DNA from: an uncultured virus (IMG/VR IMGVR_UViG_3300023227_000005)
Taxonomy: Duplodnaviria; Heunggongvirae; Uroviricota; Caudoviricetes
Length of the DNA: 64,000 bases
Virus record (IMG/VR): IMGVR_UViG_3300023227_000005
Direction: 5' to 3' (one strand)
Positions 63,788 to 64,000 of this stretch are shown piece after piece. Positions within the stretch are counted from its first letter, which is position 1; each line of letters starts with the position of its first letter. The position numbers and the translations under genes were made by a program. The notes under the pieces are model-generated. The model did not search any database. It saw only the letters and a list, made by a program, of their open reading frames with translations, and was not told the DNA's origin.

Positions 63788-64000
63788 TCAAAGCTTCTAT
63801 GAATGCGTAGTTGTGGAGGTATTTCATCTTCGTCTGGAGGATCGCCATAGATATGACTAGCATCAAGGCCAGCACGAGGGCCGTCAAGCAGGTCTGCTAG
63901 CTCTCGCAGCTTGTCGGCAGTCAGAGCAGAGTTGTCGCTTAAATGAAGGTTGACATACTCCCCGGCCTAAAGGCACGAGGATTCTCCGACTAGGCGACTC

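Noticed and set aside
3435..63860. Most plus-strand ORFs in the track
   Set aside because: Antisense to well-supported minus-strand genes, with no RBS or motifs. Only 25886-26806 and the HNH fragment at 42766 are supported.

Overview
A 64-kb segment of a large dsDNA bacteriophage genome. Almost everything is encoded on the minus strand in the standard code. A Planctomycetota-like host is weakly suggested by the style of the secreted proteins (inference only). Protein content: a class II ribonucleotide reductase with two inteins (it runs off the left edge and is missing from the ORF track), an intein-containing papain-like peptidase in a possible late/lysis operon, a sigma-like factor, SSB, glycosylation genes, a Prs-like plus NAMPT-like pair (NARP1-type NAD+ reconstitution), NADAR, free-standing homing endonucleases, and several frameshifted genes. 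There is also a large RNA-maintenance toolkit: two kinase/HAD-phosphatase enzymes, an RNA ligase, a CCA-adding enzyme, an RlmN-like methyltransferase and a tmRNA. I found about 12 tRNAs (some degenerate) and about 9 aberrant tRNA-like RNAs. The most notable locus is 30.9-33.3 kb. A DUF2828-type (TROVE/Ro60-like) vWA gene is flanked by four stem-closed RNA units sharing an AWWCNGCAA motif, and one unit carries a circularly permuted tRNA-like domain in the YrlA Y-RNA arrangement. This is a candidate non-canonical Ro/Y-RNA system. Other signals are 16 TTGACA-N16-TATAAT-type promoters with an invariant 16-bp spacer (several apparently leaderless), a GTGTATAAT promoter class, a tRNA-Trp embedded in frame in a lipoprotein ORF, and a densely structured plus-strand ncRNA candidate at 48.4-48.7 kb. 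All calls come from manual reading and motif recognition; no searches were run.
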